A DNA stretch of 64,000 nucleotides from contig CBDDIJ010000005.1 in assembly GCA_965228855.1 (NCBI GenBank), forward strand, positions 160,001 to 224,000. Direction: 5' to 3'. The position numbers were made by a program, and so were the translations under genes. Positions 19,305 to 29,589 of this stretch are shown here, one piece after another. The notes beneath the pieces were generated by a model, which saw only the letters and a program-made list of their open reading frames with translations, had not been told where the DNA came from and searched no databases. Each line of letters opens with the position of its first letter. Within the stretch, counting starts at the first letter, position 1. Source of the stretch: Candidatus Obscuribacterales bacterium (GTDB taxonomy: Bacteria > Cyanobacteriota > Vampirovibrionia > Obscuribacterales > Obscuribacteraceae).

Positions 19305-21269
19305 ATGCAACTTAAAGTTTCGCTCGCGTTAATTTCCGCAATTGCGATATCGTTTTACGCCTCGTGCAGACCGGCACCAGCAGTCGATATTGGTTCACAG
19401 TATGCAGCCGGCGTAGAGCAGTACAACAAACGCAATTTCAAGGTAGCACTGCAACACTTCCAGGCATCGCTTGCGCAAGGAAACGGTTCTGCTGCGAACT
19501 ACATCTACATGGGTCATTCTTACGCGGCTCTCGGCAACAGAGAGCAGGCTGTGAAGATGTACAGGAAAGTCCAAAAGTCGTTCAAGGGGCTACCAGCCGC
19601 GACACAGGCAGCCCAATTTATACAAAAGATCGATCCGAAAGGCTTATACCCGGATACCGATGCGACTGCGAATCAAGCCGCGCAAACAGCGATCATCACC
19701 ACTCCTGGCGCTCAGTTGAGACTAAACGAACAGAATCGAAAGGGAACTCGCGGGCCTTCGTTGATAAACAGAATCAACGTAATTGCGCCTACTGTCGCCG
19801 GTCACCCACCGGTCAGCGGTTCAACAGTAGCAACAATCCGGTCCGCAATTTCGAAGATGCACAATAGCACCTATTCCCTATTAGACAATGCCGGCATAAC
19901 GATAAACATCGCGCCCAATTTCAGCGACAAATGGCCTGCGCTTGCCGGTCAGTCAAAGCCGGGAGTGGAGCGCTATACTTACGCAAAATTTCCAGGTCAT
20001 ACCGATGGGCTGGATGTTTATATCTTTGAACGCATGGCGGATGATGCTAGCGGAAAGGAGTTGGAAGAGCCGTTCTCCGCCGCCCAATTGGAAGAAGAAT
20101 TATATATCCAGCTCGGTCATGCTTTAAACAATGCCCTGAGTATTTCCAAAGATCCTGCGTTTATAGCACAGTACGAGCTTGATAAAAGCGCACTTGGAGC
20201 CGACGATAAAAAACGCCAAACACTCTTCGTACAGCCTGATGGAAAGGGAGAAGAAGAGGTATGCGCCACTTCAATTGGCGTGACTTTCGGAGCCGGACCA
20301 TATCGCAATCTCGACAAGTTTTTCAAAAATAGTAAAGACTGGGTCGCGTCACGCATAGATCAGGAGTACAGGGCGCGCTCTAGCATGAGCACGCGAGGTG
20401 CACGCTCGGTCCTTCCCGCAAAGGGCACCACTGGTAGTGTGGTCCTCAAACCGACTGTTCCTGTAACGCCGCAAAAAACGGATCCACCGAAAGAAGCAAC
20501 TCTCGAAATGCCATCGCAGGAACACGTTCCATACACCCGCGACCAGGGAAATCATTTATATGTACGCGGCGCAATCAATGGAAAACACGCGGACATAATG
20601 ATCGATACTGGAGCCTTCAAGGTCCTTATTGGGAAACAAGATCTGCTCGCACTGGGCATCAAAACTCCGGACGGACCATCGGAAATTATAGGTGCCGGAG
20701 CATCCGGCGCTCTGCGCGGCTGGACGATGCCGCTAGAAATTTCCGTTGGAAGAATAAAGCGAAAAATGGATGTGCAAGTGCTCGACGGCCGGCAAACAAT
20801 GCTTCTAGGACAGCCTTTTCTGAGAGGCATGCACTACCAAATCGATCGCAGTCGAGGTTACATTCGGTTTATGCGCGATAGCAGCGATGTGGACAAAGAA
20901 ATTGGGAATGCCGCTTCCATTCCTTTTCGCATGATCGACGGCAACATGATGGTGGAAGCGAAGATCAATGGCGTCAACACCGAAGTGAACTTCGATACAG
21001 GAGCGCCATATACCCTTCTAGCGATGGATGCTATCTGGAAATTCGGTCTGCGCCCGCAAGGAGCGGCGAGAATTGGCGGCGCAGGCGGTAGCGGCAGCAT
21101 GGGCTATGTGAGCCGAGCCGACAGTATTGAGATCGGTCCAATCAAGAAGCGAGACTTCCAGGTCGTCATCGGAACCGCAGTGGGACAACACGTCCTCGGG
21201 CAAGATTTCTTCGGGAATTTGAAGTTTATCGTCGACAACGAGAAGCATGTGATCAGAATCAGGGAGTAA
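19305..21269 (+). CDS. Exported TPR + zincin-like + tandem retropepsin-like aspartyl protease
   Basis: Signal peptide; TPR; two DTGA motifs (IMIDTGA, VNFDTGA), each with a downstream LLGQ/VLGQ. Confidence 0.85.
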   Translation: MQLKVSLALISAIAISFYASCRPAPAVDIGSQYAAGVEQYNKRNFKVALQHFQASLAQGNGSAANYIYMGHSYAALGNREQAVKMYRKVQKSFKGLPAATQAAQFIQKIDPKGLYPDTDATANQAAQTAIITTPGAQLRLNEQNRKGTRGPSLINRINVIAPTVAGHPPVSGSTVATIRSAISKMHNSTYSLLDNAGITINIAPNFSDKWPALAGQSKPGVERYTYAKFPGHTDGLDVYIFERMADDASGKELEEPFSAAQLEEELYIQLGHALNNALSISKDPAFIAQYELDKSALGADDKKRQTLFVQPDGKGEEEVCATSIGVTFGAGPYRNLDKFFKNSKDWVASRIDQEYRARSSMSTRGARSVLPAKGTTGSVVLKPTVPVTPQKTDPPKEATLEMPSQEHVPYTRDQGNHLYVRGAINGKHADIMIDTGAFKVLIGKQDLLALGIKTPDGPSEIIGAGASGALRGWTMPLEISVGRIKRKMDVQVLDGRQTMLLGQPFLRGMHYQIDRSRGYIRFMRDSSDVDKEIGNAASIPFRMIDGNMMVEAKINGVNTEVNFDTGAPYTLLAMDAIWKFGLRPQGAARIGGAGGSGSMGYVSRADSIEIGPIKKRDFQVVIGTAVGQHVLGQDFFGNLKFIVDNEKHVIRIRE

Positions 21270-21272
21270 CTG

Positions 21273-21668
21273 TCACGCGCTTGGCTTATTTCTCATTGCC
21301 GCCAGAATTGCAACCGCCACTCTGTTGCCATCGAACGCGTCCTTGATCAGATAGTTGTCGGCGCCTTTGTTCATCGCCTCTGCAAGCATCTCCCGATCAT
21401 CATTACCTGTAATTATGATAATCGGAAGTTGCGGCGAGTGCGCTCGAAGGGTCTCGTAAGTCGTAATACCAAACGAGTCTGGTAAGCCCAAATCCAGAAT
21501 TACAACGTCCACGTTGTCCGAGTCGATTTTCTTCATGCCTCCACCTAGATCAGTGGAGTGAGCAATGTCGAAGTTGATTTCGTTTACCCGTTTCAAAAGA
21601 GATGAAAGCAGCTCCGCGTCAGACGGGCTATCTTCAATTACCAGCAATTTGATGTTCTTGTTTTTCAT
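21273..21668 (-). CDS. Single-domain response regulator
   Basis: VIEDS, ILDLGLPD, IITG, YLIK. Confidence 0.93.
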   Translation of the reverse strand: MKNKNIKLLVIEDSPSDAELLSSLLKRVNEINFDIAHSTDLGGGMKKIDSDNVDVVILDLGLPDSFGITTYETLRAHSPQLPIIIITGNDDREMLAEAMNKGADNYLIKDAFDGNRVAVAILAAMRNKPSA

Positions 21669-21782
21669 ATCACGGATTCCTATTCACCTTCGGCTGCTGC
21701 CGATACCTAAATATCCGTCCGAGTCGCATGAGGTGTGCGCAATTTATCTTCGGATCTTTAGACGACGCCATGGTTTCCTTTA

Positions 21783-22229
21783 CTATCTGTCGCCGTTTGG
21801 CGGCAGGGTAACGATGTTGAAATAAAACTGACTGATGCCTTTAGCGACATCAAGGAATTTTTCGAACTCGACCGGCTTTGTAATGAATGAGCTAGCCTGA
21901 AGTTCGTACGATCTCAGGATATCGTGCTCGTCCTCAGAAGTCGTCAGAATTACCACGGGGATAGTTCGAAGACCTGGATCCTTTTTGATCTCTTCAAGCA
22001 CTTCCCGCCCGTCTTTCTTTGGCATGTTTAAATCGAGAAGAATAACGTCCGGTCTCTGTACATCCTTATACTCACCTTCTTTGCGCAGATAAGCCAATGC
22101 TTCGACGCCGTCTTTGACAATCGTCAACTCATTCAACAACTTGCCGTTTTTGAACGCTTGCCGCGCGAGTTCCGCATCAGACGGACTGTCCTCAGCCATC
22201 AGAATCCTAATCGCTCTCTGTTCTGCCAT
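21783..22229 (-). CDS. Rcp1-like response regulator
   Basis: AEDS, PDVILLDLNMPKKDGREVL, VVILTTS, FITKP. Confidence 0.93.
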   Translation of the reverse strand: MAEQRAIRILMAEDSPSDAELARQAFKNGKLLNELTIVKDGVEALAYLRKEGEYKDVQRPDVILLDLNMPKKDGREVLEEIKKDPGLRTIPVVILTTSEDEHDILRSYELQASSFITKPVEFEKFLDVAKGISQFYFNIVTLPPNGDR

Positions 22230-23661
22230 CTTCCTCTCCTTCGATCGCGGTTAATGACGCATTAGTCGGTATTGTGAAATAAAAGGTAGAGCCTTTACCT
22301 ATCTCGGACTCTGCCCAAATGCGGCCGCCGTGGCGCTCGATAATCTTCTTGCACAACGCCAAACCGATTCCTGTGCCTTTATACTCTTCGCGCCCGTGAA
22401 GTCGCTGGAAGATAATAAAGATCCTGTCTACATGCTCTGGTTCAAAACCGATACCATTGTCCTTCACGCTAAACAGCCACTCATCGTCTTTTTGGGTAGC
22501 TGACACGTGCACCTTTGGTTTCTCAGAGCCCTTGAATTTTATTGCATTGCCGATCAGATTCTGAAAAACCTGGGACAGCTGCCCCTCATCGCCCATAAGT
22601 TCAGGCAGATCGGACGATGTCAATTCAGCTTTACTTTCTTCTATGAGCACACTCAAATCGCGCTTCGCTTGATTGAACGCTTTATTTGTATCGATCAGTT
22701 CAAGAGGCTTGCCGCGCGATTCGACACGAGCGTATGCAAGTAAATCATTGATTAGATTTCTCATTCGCGTGGAACCTTCCACAGCGTGATTTATCCAACC
22801 TTCGCTCTCTTCGTCCAGAGTCCCTTTGTGCTTGCTTGCGATCAGAGTAACGAAACCTGCCACCGCGCGTAGTGGCTCCTGGAGATCGTGAGAAGCGACA
22901 TAGGCAAACCGCTGGAGGTCGGCGTTGGAACTAGTAAGTTTTGCGGTCGTGAGTTGCAAAGCCTCTTCGGTCTTCTTACGCTGCTCGATTTCCTCGACCA
23001 GCGTGGTATTCAGCTCATTGAGCAAGTCGACTCGCCGTTTCTCGTCCTCAATTGCCGTTCGAGTGATCGTGAACACCCAGCCGAGGAGACCGCCGCCCAG
23101 AACCGTGAGCATGCCGGTGGCGACCCATAGCGCGGCCTGAGCATTCTGCAAATCACGAACTCGCGCATCCAACAACGACTGCTCGGCGCTAATCATCTCG
23201 TTAACGAGAACTCGATACGCATCCATGATGCGTTTTCCCTTACCCTCACTTACCAGAGTTTTAGCGATGTCAGTTTCCACAGCAATAGTTTCCGCTGCGA
23301 ACTGCAGCTTCTCCTTTGCGAGGTCGCGTAATTTCTGGACACGCTGCTGCTGCTCGCGGTTATCATGGGTCAACTCTTCAACCCGGGCGATGTGCTTAAG
23401 GATCTCAAGTCGGCCTCGATTATACGGGGCCAAATACTCCGCGTTTTTCGACAGTATGTAACCCCTGTCTCCTGTTTCGACGTCCAAAAGTGCTGTCAGC
23501 GAATCCTTGAGTTCGCCAATAACCTGATGCGTATGAATCGTCCACCGATCAAGGTCGGCAAGCCGAAACGACAGAAACCCGAGCCCGCCGAGAGTTATGA
23601 GAAATATGACTCCGGCAGCAATTAAGCCGTGCAAAGTCTTCTGTATGACTGTCTGCGTCAT
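22207..23661 (-). CDS. CHASE3 sensor histidine kinase (Cph1-type kinase core)
   Basis: TM-CHASE3 (HTHQVI..LLDVETGDRGYIL)-TM; FAYVASHDLQEPLR; FQRLH; GTGIGLA. Confidence 0.95.
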   Translation of the reverse strand: MTQTVIQKTLHGLIAAGVIFLITLGGLGFLSFRLADLDRWTIHTHQVIGELKDSLTALLDVETGDRGYILSKNAEYLAPYNRGRLEILKHIARVEELTHDNREQQQRVQKLRDLAKEKLQFAAETIAVETDIAKTLVSEGKGKRIMDAYRVLVNEMISAEQSLLDARVRDLQNAQAALWVATGMLTVLGGGLLGWVFTITRTAIEDEKRRVDLLNELNTTLVEEIEQRKKTEEALQLTTAKLTSSNADLQRFAYVASHDLQEPLRAVAGFVTLIASKHKGTLDEESEGWINHAVEGSTRMRNLINDLLAYARVESRGKPLELIDTNKAFNQAKRDLSVLIEESKAELTSSDLPELMGDEGQLSQVFQNLIGNAIKFKGSEKPKVHVSATQKDDEWLFSVKDNGIGFEPEHVDRIFIIFQRLHGREEYKGTGIGLALCKKIIERHGGRIWAESEIGKGSTFYFTIPTNASLTAIEGEEDGRTESD

Positions 23662-23923
23662 AAACCCCCACAGGCAATTATCCTTGCCTCACATTCACTC
23701 GCGTAATTTTGGGGCAACTCCTAAATTCTAACCACACTCCTATTTATATGGTGGAGATTTCGGGATAAAAATTTTTTGGGACATTCCTGGCTCTGCTCAA
23801 AATGGACAAAACCTGTATCCAATTAACGACAGCCGAAAACGGTAGCGGGTTTACCGATATCGCCACGCAAACGTAGCCGATATGCGACGCTCGCTTTCCG
23901 CAAATCGCCACCGGATATGGTAT

Positions 23924-26900
23924 CTAATTGGCGACGACAGCCTCTGCGGTTTCCGGCGTCAAAGTTTTTTTGCGGCGAACAATATATTTCGCAACTACTG
24001 GCAACAAAAACAGCGTCAGAATTGTTGCAGGCAAAATTCCGCATGAAATCACGATAGCGAATGGCTTTTGGCTCTGCGAACCGATGCCGTTCGACAGTGC
24101 CGCCGGAGCCAACCCCACAGCCGCAACCAGAGCAGCGATCAGCACGGCGTTGAGTTTGTTGCGGGCGGCAAGAGCGATACTTTCCTCAACACCAGCGCCA
24201 CCCGTCTGTAAGAGATCCCGCATGGTCGAGACGATTATTACAGCATTTTGAATCGAGAGCCCGAAAAGAGCGATAAGTCCCACACCGCTTGAGATGCTCA
24301 CATGAGTTCCCGAAACGAAAAGAACCACTAACGCCACAGCCGCGGCGACGGGAACTGCCGTCATAGTCAATAATGCCAACTCGGCAGAGTTGAAGGCGAA
24401 GTAGAGGAGGGTGAAAATCAGGAGCAAAGTAACGGGAACCACAACTGCAAGTGTTTTTCCAGCGGCCTCCGCTCTAGTAAACTCCCCGGCATAAGAGAGC
24501 GAGTAACCGGCCGGCAGCGCAATTTGAGATTTGATCTTCTGCTGTGTTTCGAGGACCGCGGATCCCAGGTCCCGTCCTCGAATATTCGAATAAACAGCGA
24601 TTCTGCGCTTGTTCGACTCCCTGAGAATCGAATTTGCCCCTTCAACCATTTTCAAACTGGCAAGCTGACGAAGTGGAATTTTGACGCCACTTGGAGAAGA
24701 CACCAGGAGGTCGCCCACATGAGTGTAGTCACCTCTATAAGCCTCTTTGGCCCGCAAGACGACATCGAAGCGCCGCTCGCCATCGATGACCCGAGTGACA
24801 GCTTTGCCGCCAATCGAGGTTTCGACAATGTCCAAGATGTCGGATGTCGAGATTCCATGGCGCGCCGCGCGCTCGCGATCGATTTCAATTGTCAATTGCG
24901 GCTGCCCGGTCAAATTATCGTGAGCAATGTCGACGATACCAGGGACGGTGCGCAAAACATCTGAGACTTCATCAGCCAGCGATTCCAACTTGTTTATGTC
25001 CGGTCCGAATATCTTGACTGCGTACTCACCATTTTTAACCCCGGACATGGCTTCTTCCATGGAGTCCTTGATGCACTGTGAGAAGTTCATGATTAACCCC
25101 GGGACTTCTCTGTCCAATTTTTTTTGCATCGAATCGACAAGCGCTTCTTTACTCGGGAATTCCTTGCGCCACTCCTCCTGCGGATTCAAATTTACAAGAA
25201 CCTCAATCATGTTATAGGGGTTTGGATCCGTTCCATCATCGGGTGAACCAATCTGCGTCAATGCGCTTTTGGTTTCAGGAAAAGAACGCATTACGTGACG
25301 AATGTCACGAGCTATTTCGACCGAGCGCTCGAGGGTGACACTGGGAGGCAGAATGTAAACGGTCAGCCAAATGTTGCCTTCTTCCAGCTCAGGTATAAAC
25401 TCGGAACCGAGAAACGGCACCAGGCAACCAGCAGTAGTGGCGAGAATGAGAAAACCGGCAATAACGGTCTTGGAGTACTTTTGAAGTTTCGGCACAACCG
25501 CACCGTAACAGTGCTCCAACATTAGCACGACGGGACTTTCCCTGGGTTTCGGCGGACGATTTTTAAAGACCACATAACACACCACAGGTAGTACCGATAT
25601 GGTCGTGATTGCGGCGACGACCAGCACGAGATTCATCAAAACTGCCAGCGGTTTGAATAATCTTCCCTCAACGTGTTCGAAGCTGAGGATGGGCAAAAAT
25701 GTCATCGCAATGATTAGCGTTGAAAAAATTACAGGCTTCGCAACCTCAGCAGCGGCAGTGCAAATTGCGTCTCTGACTTCCCTGGGTGACGCGTTCGGGA
25801 TAGTGCCGAGACGACGATTGATGTTTTCAATCATGATGACAGCGCCATCAACGATGATACCGAAGTCGATGGCACCAAGCGAGAGCAGATTAGCAGGTAT
25901 GTTCATGCCGCGCATGAGAATGCTTGCGCCTAATAGAGCGCATGGAATGACGATCGCGCATATCAACGCGCTACGAATTTGCAACAGGAAAAACATCAAA
26001 ATGAGAACGACCAGGACAATACCCTCGCCAACGTTGTGACCGATTGTTCCCACGGTCTTATTGACTAAAGCTGTTCTATCCTGCAAAACTTCCATGTGCA
26101 TGCCCTTCGGCAACTGGCTCTGGAAGTCGTTCCACACCTCATTCAAGTTGTTAATCACTCGCGAAGGGTTGTCGCCACGTCGCATCATCAAGATGCCTTC
26201 GACTGCATCATCGTCTTCGTTTAAACCAACTTGGCCTTTGCGCACAGCGTCTGAAATTTTCACATCAGCGACGTCCTGAACCCTTATAGGAACGCCTTCT
26301 GCGCTGTTGCGAATTACAACATTGCCGACATCCTTTGCTGACTTCAGTAGTCCCAAACCACGAACCATATATCTTTGATCGTTATGGACGATGTAGCTAC
26401 CGCCGGTAGAGTCATTGGCTCGGGCTATAGCCGCAGAAACCTCGTTCTGACTCAATCCCAGAGCCTGCAGATGCCCAGGGTCCATTTCAACGAGATAAAT
26501 CTTGGTCGGTCCGCCGAAACCCGTCGAATCAACAATCCCATCGACGGATTTGAAGAGACGCGCCAGGAGCCAGTCTTGAACCTCCTTACGGTCACGCGAC
26601 GACCAATCTTTTCCCTGCAGCGTATAGCGAAAAATTTCACCGACGGCGCTTGCGTTTGGATCAAGATGCGGCTCGACATAATCGGGAATATCGGCCTGCG
26701 ATATGCGTTCAAGAACCTGTTGTCTAGCTGTATAAGGCTCAACCTCATCGTCGAAAACAATCGTAATTACGGATAATCCAAAAATCGAAATCGAGCGTGG
26801 CGGTTTCGCATGCGGAATGCCGTTGACCTCTTTTTCAATCGGAATAGTAACGAGGCGCTCGACTTCTTCAGGCGCTTTTCCCGGAAGCTGAGAGATGACC

Positions 26901-27067
26901 CGAACCTGCATGTTCGCGACATCCGGATAAGCCTCCAGCGGAAGGTTCTTATAAGATATTACGCCGAGAATAATAACGGCGATTACGACGAAAAGAACAA
27001 AATACTGCTTCGATATCAGCGCGCTGACGAAACGGTAGAAGAACGGTTTATTGTTAGAGGTTTCCAT
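23924..27067 (-). CDS. czcA: CusA/CzcA-family heavy-metal RND efflux pump
   Basis: 1047 aa; LPLEAYPDV, ANLLSLGAIDFGIIVDGAVIMIEN, GSEFIPELEEG. Confidence 0.92.
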   Translation of the reverse strand: METSNNKPFFYRFVSALISKQYFVLFVVIAVIILGVISYKNLPLEAYPDVANMQVRVISQLPGKAPEEVERLVTIPIEKEVNGIPHAKPPRSISIFGLSVITIVFDDEVEPYTARQQVLERISQADIPDYVEPHLDPNASAVGEIFRYTLQGKDWSSRDRKEVQDWLLARLFKSVDGIVDSTGFGGPTKIYLVEMDPGHLQALGLSQNEVSAAIARANDSTGGSYIVHNDQRYMVRGLGLLKSAKDVGNVVIRNSAEGVPIRVQDVADVKISDAVRKGQVGLNEDDDAVEGILMMRRGDNPSRVINNLNEVWNDFQSQLPKGMHMEVLQDRTALVNKTVGTIGHNVGEGIVLVVLILMFFLLQIRSALICAIVIPCALLGASILMRGMNIPANLLSLGAIDFGIIVDGAVIMIENINRRLGTIPNASPREVRDAICTAAAEVAKPVIFSTLIIAMTFLPILSFEHVEGRLFKPLAVLMNLVLVVAAITTISVLPVVCYVVFKNRPPKPRESPVVLMLEHCYGAVVPKLQKYSKTVIAGFLILATTAGCLVPFLGSEFIPELEEGNIWLTVYILPPSVTLERSVEIARDIRHVMRSFPETKSALTQIGSPDDGTDPNPYNMIEVLVNLNPQEEWRKEFPSKEALVDSMQKKLDREVPGLIMNFSQCIKDSMEEAMSGVKNGEYAVKIFGPDINKLESLADEVSDVLRTVPGIVDIAHDNLTGQPQLTIEIDRERAARHGISTSDILDIVETSIGGKAVTRVIDGERRFDVVLRAKEAYRGDYTHVGDLLVSSPSGVKIPLRQLASLKMVEGANSILRESNKRRIAVYSNIRGRDLGSAVLETQQKIKSQIALPAGYSLSYAGEFTRAEAAGKTLAVVVPVTLLLIFTLLYFAFNSAELALLTMTAVPVAAAVALVVLFVSGTHVSISSGVGLIALFGLSIQNAVIIVSTMRDLLQTGGAGVEESIALAARNKLNAVLIAALVAAVGLAPAALSNGIGSQSQKPFAIVISCGILPATILTLFLLPVVAKYIVRRKKTLTPETAEAVVAN

Positions 27068-27099
27068 TTAAACCGGTTGGCAGCAATAGAAGTGCAATT

Positions 27100-28467
27100 T
27101 TAATAGCGTCCCTGCTTCAGTGCCTGCGACCTCAAAGTGAAAGAGCCATTGACGACAACTTTGTCGCCGGCTTTGAGACCCTTCAAGACTTCGACAAAAC
27201 CGCCGGCATCCTCGCCGACTGTGATTCTCCGTTCTTCGAACTGACCGTTTGAGAGCGGGATGTATACGACCTTTTCGGAACCTGCGTCCTGAATCGCCGA
27301 TGCGGGAATCGCTAAGACCGCGCGTTTTTCTCCGAAGACTTTCATACGGGCGAACATTTTCGGTTTTAGCTTAAAACCGGGATTACCCACGATTGCCCTG
27401 ACTGCGAGCGTTCGTGTGTCCGGATTGATCGTGCCGGCTACATAATCGAGTTTGCCAGTGAACGTCTTGTTCGGAAAGCAATCAACTTTGAATTCGATAT
27501 TTTGACCAGCTTTTACGCTCTGGACGTCCTGTTCGAAGATGTCCGCCACAAGCCAGAGATTATCAATATCGTCTACAACGAACAATGAGTGGGAAGGGTC
27601 CACAAGTTCGCCGAGATTAACATTCCGTTCTAAGACAATCCCGGCCTGCGGGGTTTGAATCGGAATCATGTTGATTACACTGCGATCCTTCAGGATTTTG
27701 CTAATCGTACTGCTCGGCATCCCAAGCACCATAAGCTTCTGCTCGAGAGACTCGCGCGCGAGACGTTTCTTGTTGTCAGCTATGGCTTCTGCCTTCGCCT
27801 TCTTCTGGTTAAGAGCTTCAATAGTCAGACCATGCTGCTCGAACTCCGTTTGCGCCGATTCGAGAGCGGCCTGGGAACCAATCTTTTCATCGAGAAGGAG
27901 CTTGGCGCGCTCGAACTGTTTGCGACACAATGCTAGCTGCGACTCGGTCTGTTTCAAGTCAAAATCAATTTGCATCTTATCGCTGGCAAGCTGAGAATCA
28001 ATGTCGGTTTCTGCCTTAAACAGATCGGTCACCAGGGAGCCGATCTCCTGACTGGTGATGGTGGCGAGGACCTGACCCTTTTTCACAGTATCACCCAGAT
28101 TCGCCGACACAGCCGTGACTTTGCCGGAGATGGGCGGACTTACACGGGTTACAGCATTGGCGTTGGCCTGAAGCTGGGCGGTTGCTTCTATAAGATGATC
28201 CAGAGCGCGTGTTCTGGCAACATCGACTTTAATTTTAGACAGGGCATTAGGCTGTTCGGCGAGCGAGACTATCGTCCTGGTGGATGGCTTCGGCGCAGGG
28301 ACAGGCGAGCCACTGTAGGCGTGTACGGGATGGACGTTCAATAAGGTCTCAGACTTACAGCCGGTCAATAAAACTGCAGACAAGAAGCTCATGCTCAACA
28401 AGCATTTACGAACGTCGGCGACTTTTATACTCGGCTTCGGCAACTCTGGTTTCCCCGCTTCTGTCAT
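27100..28467 (-). CDS. czcB: RND periplasmic adaptor (CzcB/CusB-like), probable lipoprotein
   Basis: LLTGC lipobox, lipoyl half motifs (GDTVKKGQVL), TRTLAVR, LKPKMFA. Confidence 0.9.
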   Translation of the reverse strand: MTEAGKPELPKPSIKVADVRKCLLSMSFLSAVLLTGCKSETLLNVHPVHAYSGSPVPAPKPSTRTIVSLAEQPNALSKIKVDVARTRALDHLIEATAQLQANANAVTRVSPPISGKVTAVSANLGDTVKKGQVLATITSQEIGSLVTDLFKAETDIDSQLASDKMQIDFDLKQTESQLALCRKQFERAKLLLDEKIGSQAALESAQTEFEQHGLTIEALNQKKAKAEAIADNKKRLARESLEQKLMVLGMPSSTISKILKDRSVINMIPIQTPQAGIVLERNVNLGELVDPSHSLFVVDDIDNLWLVADIFEQDVQSVKAGQNIEFKVDCFPNKTFTGKLDYVAGTINPDTRTLAVRAIVGNPGFKLKPKMFARMKVFGEKRAVLAIPASAIQDAGSEKVVYIPLSNGQFEERRITVGEDAGGFVEVLKGLKAGDKVVVNGSFTLRSQALKQGRY

Positions 28468-28477
28468 AATTGTAGTC

Positions 28478-28519
28478 ACTATAAAACGCCCCGCAAGCGC
28501 TTCTGTGACAGGCTTGTGA
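28478..28519 (-). promoter_or_regulatory. Putative czcB promoter with OmpR-type tandem repeat
   Basis: Minus-strand TCACA-N6-TCACA (11-bp period, 28504-28519) near the -35 position, with TATAGT -10 at 28483-28478. Confidence 0.45.
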
Positions 28520-28905
28520 TCGTTTCCAATAATTATTTTCGCGATACAAAACCGCTTAGCGGAAATCGTTTTTTCTAGATTGCTGGTGTTGGCTCTATTA
28601 CATCCTACTAATCCGTGACTTGCAAACGGCTTTCGCTGTTTCTGAAAGGTTGAAAGGACAATTCTTTCGCGGCGAAATCAACGCTTGAGAAGGACACGAA
28701 TGGAATAGAGTCGCAGAAGGTTTGATTACAGGTTTGTAATGGTTTAGGACGAAAACATTGGAACTTATGATCGACTTATGATCAAAGGTTACAACGGACA
28801 CCGCATTTAGTACCATGGCAGTGTCCTGGCTCGTTTTTGGAAAAACGCACTTGCGATTGCAAAGCCTCGACATAATAAAACCCGCCCATCATCCGCTTAA
28901 CTGAT

Positions 28906-29589
28906 ATGAGAATACTGGTCGTCGAAGACGATTTTCGCATCGTTAAACCCTTGAAAGAGGATTTGGAGCACCAAAAATATGTCGTCGATTATGCGTTAGA
29001 CGGCGAGCAGGCTTGGGAGCTCTGCAATTCGGAAGCGTATGACCTCATACTGCTCGATTGGATGCTGCCGAAGCTAGACGGTGTCACACTCTGCCAAAAA
29101 CTGAGACAGAACGGTTACGCAGGCAAGATCCTGATGCTGACGGCACGCGGTGAAAAGCTGGACAAAATATATGGACTGGATGCCGGTGCCGATGACTATG
29201 TAGTGAAACCATTCGACCTGGAAGAACTTGGCGCCAGAATTAGAGCCCATCTTCGCCGTAACAGTCAAACAAACACAACCTTGAATGTGGGCGACTTAAA
29301 AGCTGACCTGAAATCGGCCGATATCAAATATAGAGGCGGAAAAGTTGACCTCACACCAACCGAATATCGGCTTTTGTTGACCTTCTTGCGTAATCCGGGA
29401 CAGACGTTCAGTGCTCGAGATTTAATCGAAAAACTCTGGCACTTCGAGGAAGCGCCCACTGAATCCGTGATAAAGTCTCACATCAAAGGTTTGCGCAACA
29501 AGCTATTCCGCGCAGGCTGCCCGAAGAATACCGTTGAAACTGTTTTCGGCTTCGGTTACCGATTAAAATTGGTCGACAGCAACTATTAA
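28906..29589 (+). CDS. OmpR-family response regulator
   Basis: MRILVVEDD, LLDWMLP, DDYVVKPF, winged helix VETVFGFGYR. Confidence 0.96.
   Translation: MRILVVEDDFRIVKPLKEDLEHQKYVVDYALDGEQAWELCNSEAYDLILLDWMLPKLDGVTLCQKLRQNGYAGKILMLTARGEKLDKIYGLDAGADDYVVKPFDLEELGARIRAHLRRNSQTNTTLNVGDLKADLKSADIKYRGGKVDLTPTEYRLLLTFLRNPGQTFSARDLIEKLWHFEEAPTESVIKSHIKGLRNKLFRAGCPKNTVETVFGFGYRLKLVDSNY

Noticed and set aside
21273..23661. Phytochrome (Cph1-Rcp1) light-sensing operon
   Set aside because: The kinase core is Cph1-like, but the sensor is a periplasmic CHASE3 domain with no GAF/PHY; this is a common arrangement.
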